The notes: generated from the letters alone by a model not told the origin. A DNA stretch of 64,000 nt from Bdellovibrionota bacterium (GCA_044356215.1 JBIKWQ010000004.1:16205-80204), one strand, 5' to 3'; positions 30,050 to 40,145 are shown, numbered from the stretch's first letter. Numbers and translations: made by a program.

Positions 30050-31561
30050 ATGACGCACACCCCCGAGTCCGACGGAAAGCGGATCCTTAGAGGATTCCAG
30101 TGGACCTATATCTCAGTAGCTTTGCAGGGGCTACTTAAACTAGTTGCTCTGATGATACTCGCGCGGATACTCACTCCGCGTGATTTCGGTCTACTTGGAT
30201 TCGCTCTTATCTGCACAAACTTCGTGGAGCGAATCGGGCAGGGGGGCTTCGCTCCCGCGATTGTACAGGTCGAGGAAGCTACTCAGAGCATAATAACAAC
30301 AGCTGCGCGCACTAGCGTTGCTTTCGGCTTCTTTTCGATGGCTGTTTTGGCTCTTAGCTCAGGGGCGGTCGCCACGTTTTTTGGTGAGAGGGAGTTAGCT
30401 CTTGTAGTCATAGCGCTCAGTGTCGGATGTCTAATCGAATCTATAGTCGCGATACCAGAGGCTTTGTTACAGCGAGAGTTGCGGCTCAAGGAGATTATGT
30501 TGGCCGAAAATGTAGCCTATCTGATATCAATGATCGCGATCTGCCCAACTATGGCGCTCTTTGGTTGGGGCGTCTGGTCATTAGTCATAGCGCAGCTCTC
30601 TTTGAAGGTAATTAGGTTAGTTATGATTCAAAGAGCGGCGCCACCTTGTCTGTCAGGTATGTGGTCGACAGTGGAGGCGCTCAAGCTGACAAAGCTAGCA
30701 TTTGGTTTTAGCCTAGGAAGACTCCTAAATTTCTTCTCGCTGCAGGGAGATAATTTTGTAGTCGGAAGGCTTTTAGGTACTGAGGCGCTTGGAATGTACA
30801 ACCGAGCCTATCAGCTGATGACCCTGCCAGCGATGTACTTCGGTCAGGTATTCGAGCGAGTTATGTTTCCGGCGATGGCTAGAAAGCAGAGCAACAAGAA
30901 GGAGCTGGGAGATGAGTTCCTAATTGCACTTGAGGTGATTACAGCGATAGCGCTGCCAGCAGGGGTGGTGATGTTTGCTTTGGCTAACGAGATCGTGCTT
31001 GTTGGGTTTGGACCTCGGTGGATAAGTGTGGTTCCAGTGGTTAGCGTACTTTCCTTCGGTGTCTTTTTTAGAACTGCCTATAAATGCAGTGATACAGTAG
31101 TGCGGTCGTTAGGAGCAGTTTATGATTATGCCGGTCGACAAGCTCTGTACGCAACCCTTGTGATCGGAGGGGCTTATTTCGGCGCTAAGTATGATCAGAT
31201 AGGTGGTGTCGCCGTCGGAGTGGTCTTAGCTGTGGCGATTAATTATGTTTCGATGACCCGACTTAGCTCAAAACTTTTAGGTTTGAGGATACGTCAGATT
31301 GTTTGGACGCACGCGCTTGGGATCTGGAGCAGCCTTTGGGTTAGTGCCGGGTTGGCGTTGGCGATGGGTGAGCTCAGAAACCTGGAGCTATCGCCTGTGA
31401 TATTATTGATGACGGCAGTAGCGGTTGCTCTTATTAGCTGGACACTCAGCGTTCTAATTGCGGCACTGCTTGTTCCGTCCATTAGTGTACGTAGAGCAAT
31501 GATATATTTAAGAACGGCTAGGAGGGTTAACCGTATTGGGGAGCCAAGGGGGATTGTTTAG
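30050..31561 (+). CDS. Polysaccharide flippase (Wzx/WzxC-like)
   Basis: LARILTPRDFGL, DNFVVGRLLG..ALGMYNRAYQL; many TM segments. Confidence 0.88.
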   Translation: MTHTPESDGKRILRGFQWTYISVALQGLLKLVALMILARILTPRDFGLLGFALICTNFVERIGQGGFAPAIVQVEEATQSIITTAARTSVAFGFFSMAVLALSSGAVATFFGERELALVVIALSVGCLIESIVAIPEALLQRELRLKEIMLAENVAYLISMIAICPTMALFGWGVWSLVIAQLSLKVIRLVMIQRAAPPCLSGMWSTVEALKLTKLAFGFSLGRLLNFFSLQGDNFVVGRLLGTEALGMYNRAYQLMTLPAMYFGQVFERVMFPAMARKQSNKKELGDEFLIALEVITAIALPAGVVMFALANEIVLVGFGPRWISVVPVVSVLSFGVFFRTAYKCSDTVVRSLGAVYDYAGRQALYATLVIGGAYFGAKYDQIGGVAVGVVLAVAINYVSMTRLSSKLLGLRIRQIVWTHALGIWSSLWVSAGLALAMGELRNLELSPVILLMTAVAVALISWTLSVLIAALLVPSISVRRAMIYLRTARRVNRIGEPRGIV

Positions 31562-31572
31562 TTCTCCTTTAG

Positions 31573-31589
31573 GGAAGGCCGGCAAAACC
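31573..31589 (+). repeat. Solo copy of the MITE terminal repeat
   Basis: GGAAGGCCGGCAAAACC, identical to 33676-33692, preceded by TTAG. Confidence 0.75.
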
Positions 31590-31612
31590 TCGCTTGCGCG
31601 ATATTTTTTTAG

Positions 31613-31634
31613 AAACGGCGCGTTTGCGCCGTTT
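31613..31634. terminator. Hairpin between convergent genes (possible bidirectional terminator)
   Basis: AAACGGCGC-GTTT-GCGCCGTTT perfect stem. Confidence 0.5.
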
Positions 31635-31796
31635 AGGTAGATGCTGCTGTTGCCAGAAGCTGATAATATCTGTGGCATGACACAGAGAACATTCGCTTAA
31701 ACTAAACTGGGCATCGAATGCCCTTGTCATTTTGGCTTTCTTAGCGAAACAAGAAAGGACTAATGGTTAGTGCCGTTGTAACTACTGGCCTTGAGC

Positions 31797-32435
31797 TTAT
31801 CGGGCCCCCGAGCCTGAAAGCACGACAGAGATAGTTTTTAGTGCTATCCAGAGGTCAAGTATAAGGCTCCATTGTCGTATGTATATCAAGTCTAATCCGA
31901 GTTTGCGGCGGTAGCCTAACACTCCGTCAGGGTAGCCCTGAATGACTTGGGCTAAGCCAGTTAGCCCAGCCTTAGCTTGTAGCCGCTGATGAAACCGTGG
32001 AATTGACCCAGAGAGCTGCGCGGCTATCTCAGGCCGCTCAGGGCGTGGACCAATAAGAGACATGTCTCCACGCAGAACGTTAAAGAGCTGCGGAAGCTCA
32101 TCTAATCTCGTACGGCGTAGAAAGCGCCCGATCGGCGTCACCCGATCGTCAGTTCTTGCCGCCAAAGTCGCGCCACCTTCGGATTCAGCATCCACTCGCA
32201 TTGAGCGGAACTTCCACAGTGTAAACTCTCTGCCCCCCTGTGTGAGTCTGGTTTGACAGTAAAGTGCTGGCCCAGGTGAAGTGAGTTTAATAGCAATCGC
32301 GACCAGTATCATTACCGGAGAGAGAATTGCAATTAACGCTAGTGAAGCTAAGAGATCAATCCCTCTTTTCAGCAAGCCAGAGAGGCTATTAAAGGCTGAA
32401 CCCTTCTCTTTATTAATAATGTGTGACGATCCCAT
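31797..32435 (-). CDS. Priming phosphoglycosyl (sugar) transferase
   Basis: KRGIDL, KFRSM, RLDELPQLFNVLRGDMSLIGPRPE, GLTGLAQV. Confidence 0.93.
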   Translation of the reverse strand: MGSSHIINKEKGSAFNSLSGLLKRGIDLLASLALIAILSPVMILVAIAIKLTSPGPALYCQTRLTQGGREFTLWKFRSMRVDAESEGGATLAARTDDRVTPIGRFLRRTRLDELPQLFNVLRGDMSLIGPRPERPEIAAQLSGSIPRFHQRLQAKAGLTGLAQVIQGYPDGVLGYRRKLGLDLIYIRQWSLILDLWIALKTISVVLSGSGAR

Positions 32436-32531
32436 GCTACATCCTTTTCTACTAAACACTACCGTCCGCTGTGGCGAGGATCACAGCGGCTTAAACTCAA
32501 AAGATGGTATTAGATTTCTCGGTTTTTATTT

Positions 32532-33641
32532 ATGCGTGTAGTCATTCTTTACAATTCAAGTTGGTACGTTTTTCTTTTAAGACGGAATCTCGTCTTATCG
32601 TTACGAGCTCTAGGGCATGAAGTTACTGTCATAGCGCCGGTTGATCGTTACACCGAGCGAGTAAAACAGATGGGTGTTTCTTTCTTACCGATTGCGATTG
32701 ATGGAGCTGGGCGCTCTCCTGTTGGTGAGGTGAGGACTCTGACATCAATAAATAGGGCACTAAAAACAGCGCGACCTCACGCGGTTCTATCTTTTACAGT
32801 TAAGTGCAATCTCTATGCAGGTCTATGCCGTCGATTCATGGATTTTAAGCATATCGCCAATGTATCAGGGTTGGGTGAGCTCTTTGATTTGAACTCAAGG
32901 CTTAAAAGAGCCGCCGAGCTGCTTTATAGAATAGCTCTTGGAAGAACTAACGTAGTCTTTTTTCAGAATGAACAAGATAAGGATCTACTTGTTAGCAACG
33001 GCGCGGTAGAACGCGCCCGTTCGCGTGTAATTCCGGGCTCCGGTGTAGATCTTGAGCGTTTTACGGCTGACCTTAGGATGCCGAGCTCACAGAGGACGTT
33101 CCTTATGTTTGGCAGGCTACTTCCGAAGAAGGGTTTTGATCACTTCATCAACGCGGCGCGCGAAGTGCGTCAGCGGCTTGGAGATGATGTGGCATTTTGG
33201 ATTATGGGTGCTGCCGACCCGCAGCGCGCTGAGTCCCTGGAGCTACTTGAGCGGGTGAATGGCGCACATGCAGAGGGAATAATTCGGTATCTTCAATCCA
33301 CAGATGATCCTTTGCCGACTATTAAAGAGAGTGACGTGGTAGTGCTCCCTTCTACATATAATGAGGGGATACCGCGTTCGTTACTAGAGGCACTAGCTTG
33401 TGGCAAGCCTGTTATCACAACGGATTGGAAGGGGTGCCGGGAGACCGTAGAGGATGGAAGGAATGGATTTCTTGTCAAGCCAAACGATACCAAGTCGCTG
33501 GTAGCTGCGTTTGAGGCCGTGGCAAAAAAAGAAGCAGATGAGCTCCTTTTGATGGGGCGCAACAGTCGAGAGTTAGCGGAGCGTCGCTTTGATGAAAGGG
33601 TGGTGTTGGATGCCTATCTGGGGGCGTTGGGAGAGGAATAG
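32532..33641 (+). CDS. GT4 family glycosyltransferase
   Basis: SFTVKCNLY, IPGSGVD, GRLLPKKG, EGIPRSLLEALACGKPVITTD. Confidence 0.92.
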   Translation: MRVVILYNSSWYVFLLRRNLVLSLRALGHEVTVIAPVDRYTERVKQMGVSFLPIAIDGAGRSPVGEVRTLTSINRALKTARPHAVLSFTVKCNLYAGLCRRFMDFKHIANVSGLGELFDLNSRLKRAAELLYRIALGRTNVVFFQNEQDKDLLVSNGAVERARSRVIPGSGVDLERFTADLRMPSSQRTFLMFGRLLPKKGFDHFINAAREVRQRLGDDVAFWIMGAADPQRAESLELLERVNGAHAEGIIRYLQSTDDPLPTIKESDVVVLPSTYNEGIPRSLLEALACGKPVITTDWKGCRETVEDGRNGFLVKPNDTKSLVAAFEAVAKKEADELLLMGRNSRELAERRFDERVVLDAYLGALGEE

Positions 33642-33675
33642 GGATAATAAAGGATTTACCGAGGTTTTCATTTAA

Positions 33676-33926
33676 GGAAGGCCGGCAAAACCCCTCCCTA
33701 CTGCGAAAGCGGATCTTGAGCTGCTCTTCGAGTTTTCGAGATGGGAAAAAATCCTCAATGTATCACAGCGGATACACTTCCGACCTTCGCTAAAGCTACG
33801 GCCGGCGAGATAATGTAGGACCAGACGTAGCCGTGGCGTAGTCTGGTGCGGTTTTTCCCCATCTCGAAAATCGAATATCAACTCAACCTCCACTTTCTCG
33901 CTACGGGTAGGTTTTGCCGGCCTTCC
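33676..33926. mobile_element. Non-autonomous palindromic MITE-like element (251 bp)
   Basis: Perfect 17-bp terminal inverted repeats GGAAGGCCGGCAAAACC/GGTTTTGCCGGCCTTCC, TTAA on both flanks, nested internal inverted repeats, no transposase. Confidence 0.8.
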
Positions 33927-34053
33927 TTAAACAAAGAGTAAAAGAGATCGGCGAGCCTTAAAAGGGTTTTTACCTACTTTTTGTCCTGATTACTTTCTGT
34001 GAAGCCTTATCTCCCAGGATGTGGGTAATGGTCAGACGGAAAGGGAGGACAAC

Positions 34054-34083
34054 AGTGGCAGATCGGGTACGTTCACGAGCACG
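34054..34083 (-). repeat. Dispersed repeat arm (CGTNNN hexamer family)
   Basis: 28/30 identical to the reverse complement of 44530-44559. Confidence 0.75.
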
Positions 34084-34096
34084 ATCAAGTGCCTCT

Positions 34097-36463
34097 TTAA
34101 CTCCGCCTCGGATAGTTTGATCCATATGCCATAATATCGCTGGCTGAGTCACTCTTAGTTGCCCCATTGAGCACAGTTCCGATTATCCTTGCGCGGACCC
34201 GAGTCAGCTTCTCTCGAGCCTCACGCACCGTATGTCGCGGAGTAAAGCCGCCACGAACAACTAGAATAACACTGTCCACTGCACGAGATATTAACAGAGC
34301 ATCAGCCACTGCCATAATCGGTGGAGTATCTACCAAGATAAAGTCATACCGATCCTTGAGTCCGGAGAGCAATCTTTTCATACTCTCAGACCCAACTAGC
34401 TCAGCCGGATTTGGTGCGGGAGCTCCAACTGGTAAAAGGTCAAGACCCGGTACTCCCGTTTCGTAAATGACGCTCTCAAGCGGCAATCGCAACGTTAGTA
34501 GGTCGCTCAAGCCACGGTGTTCCTCATGTTGTCCAAGAAATAACTTGCTTAGCCCACACATCCTTAGGTCGCCGTCAATTATTAAGGTCTTGTGATTCGC
34601 TTGTGCCAAGGTAACTGCAAGGTTAGATAGTAGCGTTGTTTTTCCCTCACCCTGAATCGAGCTAGCTATCATAATCACCCTAGGTGGATAGTCAGCCGAT
34701 GAGAGTAGGACGTTTGCTCGGATACTCCTGAGGGACTCTGATATCGCCGTGTGCGGAGCGGAGATGGTGACTAACGCCTTGCTCTCCGTGGGCCTATCTT
34801 CACTTAACAGAAGCTTCTCTTTTGATTTAGCGACATCCTCGGACTCCTTTGATTCCGGTAAATGATCGATTACTCCAGGAGTCTTCGTAAGGGTTTTATC
34901 TTGTGAATTGAAATCAGGTACTGACCCCAGTAGCGGAAGATCGACGATCTGTCGGAGCTCTTGTGTAGTAACTATAGTATCGTCTAAAGACTCGAGAATG
35001 TAAGACATGAGAATTCCGGCGCTTAGTCCGACTATAGAAGCTAAAATCACGATTATATTGGTCTTAGGAGCACTTGGAGATGTAGGAAGCGTGGCATAGT
35101 CAGCAACAAAAACATTTGATGTAGTTACCGAGGCACTCATCTCGATCTCTTTGGCCTGTTTTAATACGGCTTGATAGAGTTCCCGAAGAGAAGAGGCTTC
35201 CTTACTGAGTACGTCATACTGAATAAGTTTCTTTGCCACGTCCTGAGCTTTCGACTTTTCGCTCTCTATCTGATCCCTAAGGGAGTTCTCCGCGTTGTTG
35301 TCGGCGCTAAACTGGGCTTCTAAAGACTGCAGGCCCTGTTTTCGCTCATCGCGGATAGCCTTTCGGAGCGCTGATATCTTAGCTTGAAGTTCACGCATGG
35401 TGGGATATGCGGCTGTCACCTGACTACCCAAGCTGGCGTACTCGGTCTCCGACTGTTTTAGACTGGCGCGTAACTGCTGTGTAATTTCGCTATCAAAAAA
35501 CGTACCTTCGTCTTCTCGTTGTTTACGGGCCTGGTTGAGTGCGCTCTCTGATTTAATTCTTTTTCCCGTCGCGTCCGCTAGCATCTGAGCCAGTGACTCA
35601 ATATGACGGTGATTTAGTCCAGCGCCGTCGTTATTCCTGACCAAAAGCAATTTGTTCGCTGATGCATAAGCGCCCAATTGATCCTCGGCGGCGGCTACTC
35701 GCTCCCGTAGTGCGTCACTTTGAGCAATAAGAAGTTCTATGTTCGCGTGGATCGCCCCTTGACGTTCGCGTTTTAGATGCTCAATGAACTCGGTAGCGTG
35801 CAAATTCGCGATCTTTTGTGATAGGGCGCGATCTGTTGTTGTTGCTTTTATGTGGACGAGGTTAGTTTCATGAACCGGATTGATATCGATTAATGAGAGG
35901 TAGCGGTTGATCTCGCCAGGGGAGTGCTTGAAAAATCCGGAGCCCTTTATTGGAGTCGCACTCTCTGCACTTGATATAGTCGGAGCTATCGTTCTGAGCA
36001 GCTTTGATAGTGTAGCTTTTAAAACGGATTTATCCTTCCAGTAATTGCCAAGATCTCGATGGAGGTTGTTCTTTCCCAGCGCAGCGTCGGCTAGTCCAGC
36101 AAGCTTCAGTTTCGCGACAGTTGTCTTAAGGTACTCAATTTTTCTCGAATCTGTTCCAAAGAGGTTCTCGCTCTGAATTGAGGCTAAGATCGGGGCGTGG
36201 CCGCGTAGCTCAATCGTTGTATCGGCGGTGTAAGACGAAGGAGTTAGATAGCAATAAGCTAGAGCTATAAAAGCGGCGCCACAGCAGTGAGCTATAATCA
36301 ATTTAGAGCGCTTCTTAAGTAAGGAGAAAAGGTGGGATATCTCGGTTTCGGAGGATCCCTCGTTTTGCATGCCACGCTCTAGGTATGGCGGATAGAGGTA
36401 GGTACTTAGGTCTCCGTCCTGAGAAACAGGAGTCAATTGGTATAGCGAGTGCTGGTGTGACAT
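34097..36463 (-). CDS. Wzc/GumC polysaccharide co-polymerase tyrosine autokinase
   Basis: Two TM segments with a coiled-coil between, SESLRSIR, GEGKTT, IDGDLR, VDTPP. Confidence 0.92.
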   Translation of the reverse strand: MSHQHSLYQLTPVSQDGDLSTYLYPPYLERGMQNEGSSETEISHLFSLLKKRSKLIIAHCCGAAFIALAYCYLTPSSYTADTTIELRGHAPILASIQSENLFGTDSRKIEYLKTTVAKLKLAGLADAALGKNNLHRDLGNYWKDKSVLKATLSKLLRTIAPTISSAESATPIKGSGFFKHSPGEINRYLSLIDINPVHETNLVHIKATTTDRALSQKIANLHATEFIEHLKRERQGAIHANIELLIAQSDALRERVAAAEDQLGAYASANKLLLVRNNDGAGLNHRHIESLAQMLADATGKRIKSESALNQARKQREDEGTFFDSEITQQLRASLKQSETEYASLGSQVTAAYPTMRELQAKISALRKAIRDERKQGLQSLEAQFSADNNAENSLRDQIESEKSKAQDVAKKLIQYDVLSKEASSLRELYQAVLKQAKEIEMSASVTTSNVFVADYATLPTSPSAPKTNIIVILASIVGLSAGILMSYILESLDDTIVTTQELRQIVDLPLLGSVPDFNSQDKTLTKTPGVIDHLPESKESEDVAKSKEKLLLSEDRPTESKALVTISAPHTAISESLRSIRANVLLSSADYPPRVIMIASSIQGEGKTTLLSNLAVTLAQANHKTLIIDGDLRMCGLSKLFLGQHEEHRGLSDLLTLRLPLESVIYETGVPGLDLLPVGAPAPNPAELVGSESMKRLLSGLKDRYDFILVDTPPIMAVADALLISRAVDSVILVVRGGFTPRHTVREAREKLTRVRARIIGTVLNGATKSDSASDIMAYGSNYPRRS

Positions 36464-36471
36464 ATCTTTAG

Positions 36472-37587
36472 CTAGTTAACTCTCTTATTCACCGCAAATC
36501 CGTTAAAGATTCCGTTTATTGTTTCAACGATCTGACGTTTAAAGAACCTACCCGAATGACTGGGGACCCTAACAAGGTCTCCGTTCCGAAGCCTGACATC
36601 TGGGCCACCACGCAGGCCGACCTCTTCAAGGTCAAGAGAGATTAGAGCTTTTCGCCCAGCGCCTACATCACGAATTACCTCAACGTTGTTAACGTCGGCT
36701 GAGTATGTGAATCCTTTTGCCGCCGCGATTGCGCCGATTACTGAAGTTCGTCCGGTCAACTTAAATGAGCCTGGCGTTGCGACCTCGCCGTCGACCTCGT
36801 ATGTTCCGGCCTCAGGAACTATGATCGTGTCACCTGGAGCCAGGGGAATAGTTAGTGGGCGCTTGTCGATAGTGCCGATAAGGTCCTCTAGGTCTATCTC
36901 TATGCCGCTTCCGTTGTCGTTGGTTTGGGTGCTAACAAGCGATAAGGTTGGAGTACCCGAGTTTTTCACTGGAATGGGCTCCTTTATCTTTGGGGTTGGT
37001 AACAGGATTATCCGAGTGCCTGCTGCTGGAGAACGACCACCAGCTTCACTTAAGAGCTCAGTTAGTAGTACGCCGCGGCGGGTTAGGGGATATGTCCCAG
37101 GCTTGTTAACCTCACCTATGACAGAGACCCGACTCGTAGAGAATGTCTTTAATGAGACTAGAACCTGTGGTGACCTGATAAAACGTGAATACCGTTTGGC
37201 GATGGCTGATTGTGCTTCCTCAACAGGCAGGCCTCCAACATCTACCCGACCAACAAGTGGGAGAATTACTGCTCCATCAGAAGCTACAGCGGAGTTGGCA
37301 GTTAGGTTGTTGAATCCAAAAACCGATACGTCTAGGACATCACCGGTTCCGAGTGGATATCCCCCTCCAGAGCCTGTGTTTGCTAGTAGGTTTTTGCGCG
37401 CATCTATTAATACAGAAACCCTTTGAGAAAGATTAGCCTCGTAGCCGTTGAACGCGTCGATTCCATTCAGCAGATTTGGGCTGCCCTGGGATTGATGTTG
37501 GGGTGATTCAAGCTCCTTGTGCGATGGCGTATAGCGCAAGCATCCCGTAAATAAAACTAGAATTATGGTGATAAGAAGGTATCTCAT
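36472..37587 (-). CDS. Wza-like polysaccharide export lipoprotein (SLBB repeats)
   Basis: Lipobox FTGC, YPLGTGDVL, DGAVILPLVG, VIGEVNKPG, LRNGDLVRVP. Confidence 0.9.
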   Translation of the reverse strand: MRYLLITIILVLFTGCLRYTPSHKELESPQHQSQGSPNLLNGIDAFNGYEANLSQRVSVLIDARKNLLANTGSGGGYPLGTGDVLDVSVFGFNNLTANSAVASDGAVILPLVGRVDVGGLPVEEAQSAIAKRYSRFIRSPQVLVSLKTFSTSRVSVIGEVNKPGTYPLTRRGVLLTELLSEAGGRSPAAGTRIILLPTPKIKEPIPVKNSGTPTLSLVSTQTNDNGSGIEIDLEDLIGTIDKRPLTIPLAPGDTIIVPEAGTYEVDGEVATPGSFKLTGRTSVIGAIAAAKGFTYSADVNNVEVIRDVGAGRKALISLDLEEVGLRGGPDVRLRNGDLVRVPSHSGRFFKRQIVETINGIFNGFAVNKRVN

Positions 37588-37775
37588 GGCTAGTAGCTCT
37601 TATATTGAGTCGAGGGGAGATAATGGCTCAAGATTGACCGTGTGTGAGATAACAGCCGTCATTATACAGCATATGAAGTTCAAAGTTCACGTTCCGAAGG
37701 TAATTAATGAGGTTGATTATTCGTCTCGGAAGCCGCAAGATGACGGCCAGAGGCGGATTTATTTAAATCTTAACT

Positions 37776-38738
37776 ATGAAGAAGGTATTGGTAACAGGAG
37801 CTGCGGGATTTATCGGTTCGCATGTGGCAGAGGCTCTGCTCAAGCGTGGTGACCAGGTAGTGGGAATAGATAACATAAACGACTATTACCCAGTTAAGTT
37901 TAAACGTGAAAATCTGGAGATCCTCGCACGCCATCCCGGGTTCAAATTCGTTGAAGGTGAGTTAACAGATAAGCACCTTGTAGATTCACTCTATGAAACA
38001 GAGGGATTTACGCATCTAGCGCACTTAGCGGCGAGGGCAGGAGTCAGACCCTCAATAGCCGATCCAGGGTTGTATCAGCGCGCTAATATCGAAGCCACTT
38101 TAAACCTGCTTCAGGGAGCTGTAGGTAAGGGCCTAGAGAATCTAGTTGTCACGTCTTCTTCTTCGGTTTACGGAAATTCGAGAGCAATACCTTTTCGTGA
38201 AGATGACTCGGCAACTGATAGACCGATCTCTCCTTATGCAGCGACAAAGAAGGCCACTGAGGTGTTGAGCTATACGTATCATTCTCTTTACGGGCTCAAT
38301 ATAAATGTAGTGCGCCCATTTACTGTTTACGGAGCTAGGGGGCGTCCTGATATGGCCCCGTGGCTGTTTATTGAGTGGGCACTCCAAGGAAAGAAGATCC
38401 GCAAGTTCGGCGATGGAACAACGCGCCGTGACTATACTTACATCGGCGATTTTGTTGCGGGCTTCGTAAACGCTATAGATCGTAACTTTGGCTACGAGAT
38501 CTTTAATCTTGGAAATTCGGCTACGGTTTCGCTGAATGAGGCGCTCGATATCGTGCGAGAAGTGACCGGCAAGGAACTTGTGATCGAACAGCTCCCGGAG
38601 CAGCCGGGGGACGTGGCGATCACAAACGCTGACATATCGAAATCGAGAAGGCTTCTTGATTACGATCCTAAGACATCTTTTGGGGCAGGGATGCTCAAGT
38701 TCTGCCAATGGTACAAAGAGAACCGGCTAGGGCGGTAA
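37776..38738 (+). CDS. NAD-dependent epimerase (UDP-glucuronate 4-epimerase-like)
   Basis: TGAAGFIG, HLAARAGVRPS, SSSSVYG, YAATKK, FTVYGARGRPDMA. Confidence 0.9.
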   Translation: MKKVLVTGAAGFIGSHVAEALLKRGDQVVGIDNINDYYPVKFKRENLEILARHPGFKFVEGELTDKHLVDSLYETEGFTHLAHLAARAGVRPSIADPGLYQRANIEATLNLLQGAVGKGLENLVVTSSSSVYGNSRAIPFREDDSATDRPISPYAATKKATEVLSYTYHSLYGLNINVVRPFTVYGARGRPDMAPWLFIEWALQGKKIRKFGDGTTRRDYTYIGDFVAGFVNAIDRNFGYEIFNLGNSATVSLNEALDIVREVTGKELVIEQLPEQPGDVAITNADISKSRRLLDYDPKTSFGAGMLKFCQWYKENRLGR

Positions 38739-38778
38739 GCTAACCGGTGTAACCAGTTTTCTAGGTCTGTATATCCAT
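38707..38778 (+). repeat. 72-bp direct repeat, copy 1
   Basis: AATGGTACAAAGAG...CTGTATATCCAT, identical to 40243-40314. Confidence 0.95.
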
Positions 38779-38948
38779 TTTACCCCGTGAACGGTTACTC
38801 CATTTCGTTCATGGACTCTGTTATGAGGCTTATCGATGTGCGATCGGGCTTAAGTCCATAAAGCTGGGGCACACCAACAGTATACCATAAATTTAACACC
38901 TGTTTAAAATACTTTACATTATATTGAATAGGTATTAAGTTTACAGCT

Positions 38949-40145
38949 ATGAGTACTAGAGCCCTTTCCTCGCATATTCTCGCCGATTTAAAGGGTAAAA
39001 AGATGGTAATGCTTTCCGGCCCTCGCCAATGTGGAAAAACGACATTGGCGAAAGCGCTTCCTGAACTATCTTCTGATATGGCGTACTACAATTGGGATGT
39101 TGCGCCGCACAGAGAAAAACTTAAAAATTACAAACTTGATGAATCAAAGCACTATTGGGTTTTCGATGAACTTCATAAATATCGAGCCTGGAGAAATTGG
39201 CTCAAGGGGGTTTACGATTTACACCATACACATCATGAAATTTTAATAACTGGCAGCGCACGACTTGACCAGTACGCACGAGGGGGAGATTCACTCCAGG
39301 GCCGCTATTTTCACTACCGTTTACACCCCTTTACCTTAGGGGAGGTTCTTAACCTACCAGAACAAAATTATCGCAAATCCTTAGAACGAGCCGCTAAGGT
39401 TAGTTGGTCTGCTCACGCTCAAAATACACTGCTAGAACTATTGAAATTCGGTGGCTTTCCGGAGCCTTTTTTAAGTAAGTCGACAAGCTTTGCAGGTAGA
39501 TGGCGCTTGGCGTACAGCCAGCGTTTGGTGAACGAGGATGTTAGAACACTTGAACAAACGCAAGAATTAGATCAGATGAGTTTATTGTACGACCGCTTAC
39601 CAGACTTAGTTTCGAATAATCTATCGATCAATAACCTAGCAAAAGATCTGGAGATCTCCCACCAAACCGTCGCTAAGTGGATCGGAATTTTTGAGAAATT
39701 ATATGCTAACTTCTACGTCTTGCCTTATGGTGAGCCTGCAATTAAGGCCATAAAAAAAGAAAAGAAACTGTATCTCTGGGATTGGGCGCGCCTATCAGAT
39801 CCAGGGGCGAGGCTAGAAAATCTCGTAGCGCTGCATTTACTAAGGTTAGTGCATTGGTTTGAGGATATCTACGGAGAGATACTTGAGCTCAGATATATAA
39901 AAGATATAGATGGGCACGAAATTGATTTTTTACTCCTACGTAATAAGCTTCCTTGGATTGCAATAGAAGTCAAAAACTCTGAGCAAGGCATCAGTACAGG
40001 TTTTAAATATTTGTTGAATAAAATTAGAATTCCATATGCCTACCAGATCCATTTAAAAAGTGAACTAGTTTATAAACTCGCTAACATAAATCAGAGCACT
40101 GTTTATGCTTTGCCAGTGAGCAATTTTCTTTGTGGATTACCGTGA
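38949..40145 (+). CDS. AAA_14/DUF4143-type ATP-binding protein
   Basis: GPRQCGKTT Walker A, VFDELH Walker B, ITGSA, SLQGR, GGFPE, KKLYLWD, EIDF..IEVK; visibly AT-richer than neighbours. Confidence 0.9.
   Translation: MSTRALSSHILADLKGKKMVMLSGPRQCGKTTLAKALPELSSDMAYYNWDVAPHREKLKNYKLDESKHYWVFDELHKYRAWRNWLKGVYDLHHTHHEILITGSARLDQYARGGDSLQGRYFHYRLHPFTLGEVLNLPEQNYRKSLERAAKVSWSAHAQNTLLELLKFGGFPEPFLSKSTSFAGRWRLAYSQRLVNEDVRTLEQTQELDQMSLLYDRLPDLVSNNLSINNLAKDLEISHQTVAKWIGIFEKLYANFYVLPYGEPAIKAIKKEKKLYLWDWARLSDPGARLENLVALHLLRLVHWFEDIYGEILELRYIKDIDGHEIDFLLLRNKLPWIAIEVKNSEQGISTGFKYLLNKIRIPYAYQIHLKSELVYKLANINQSTVYALPVSNFLCGLP

Noticed and set aside
33672..33893. 73-aa ORF inside the MITE-like element as a transposase remnant
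   Set aside because: No DDE or HTH features; the sequence is explained by the palindrome
36686..37426. 246-aa plus-strand ORF
   Set aside because: It is antisense to the wza-like gene, has biased composition and shows no motif
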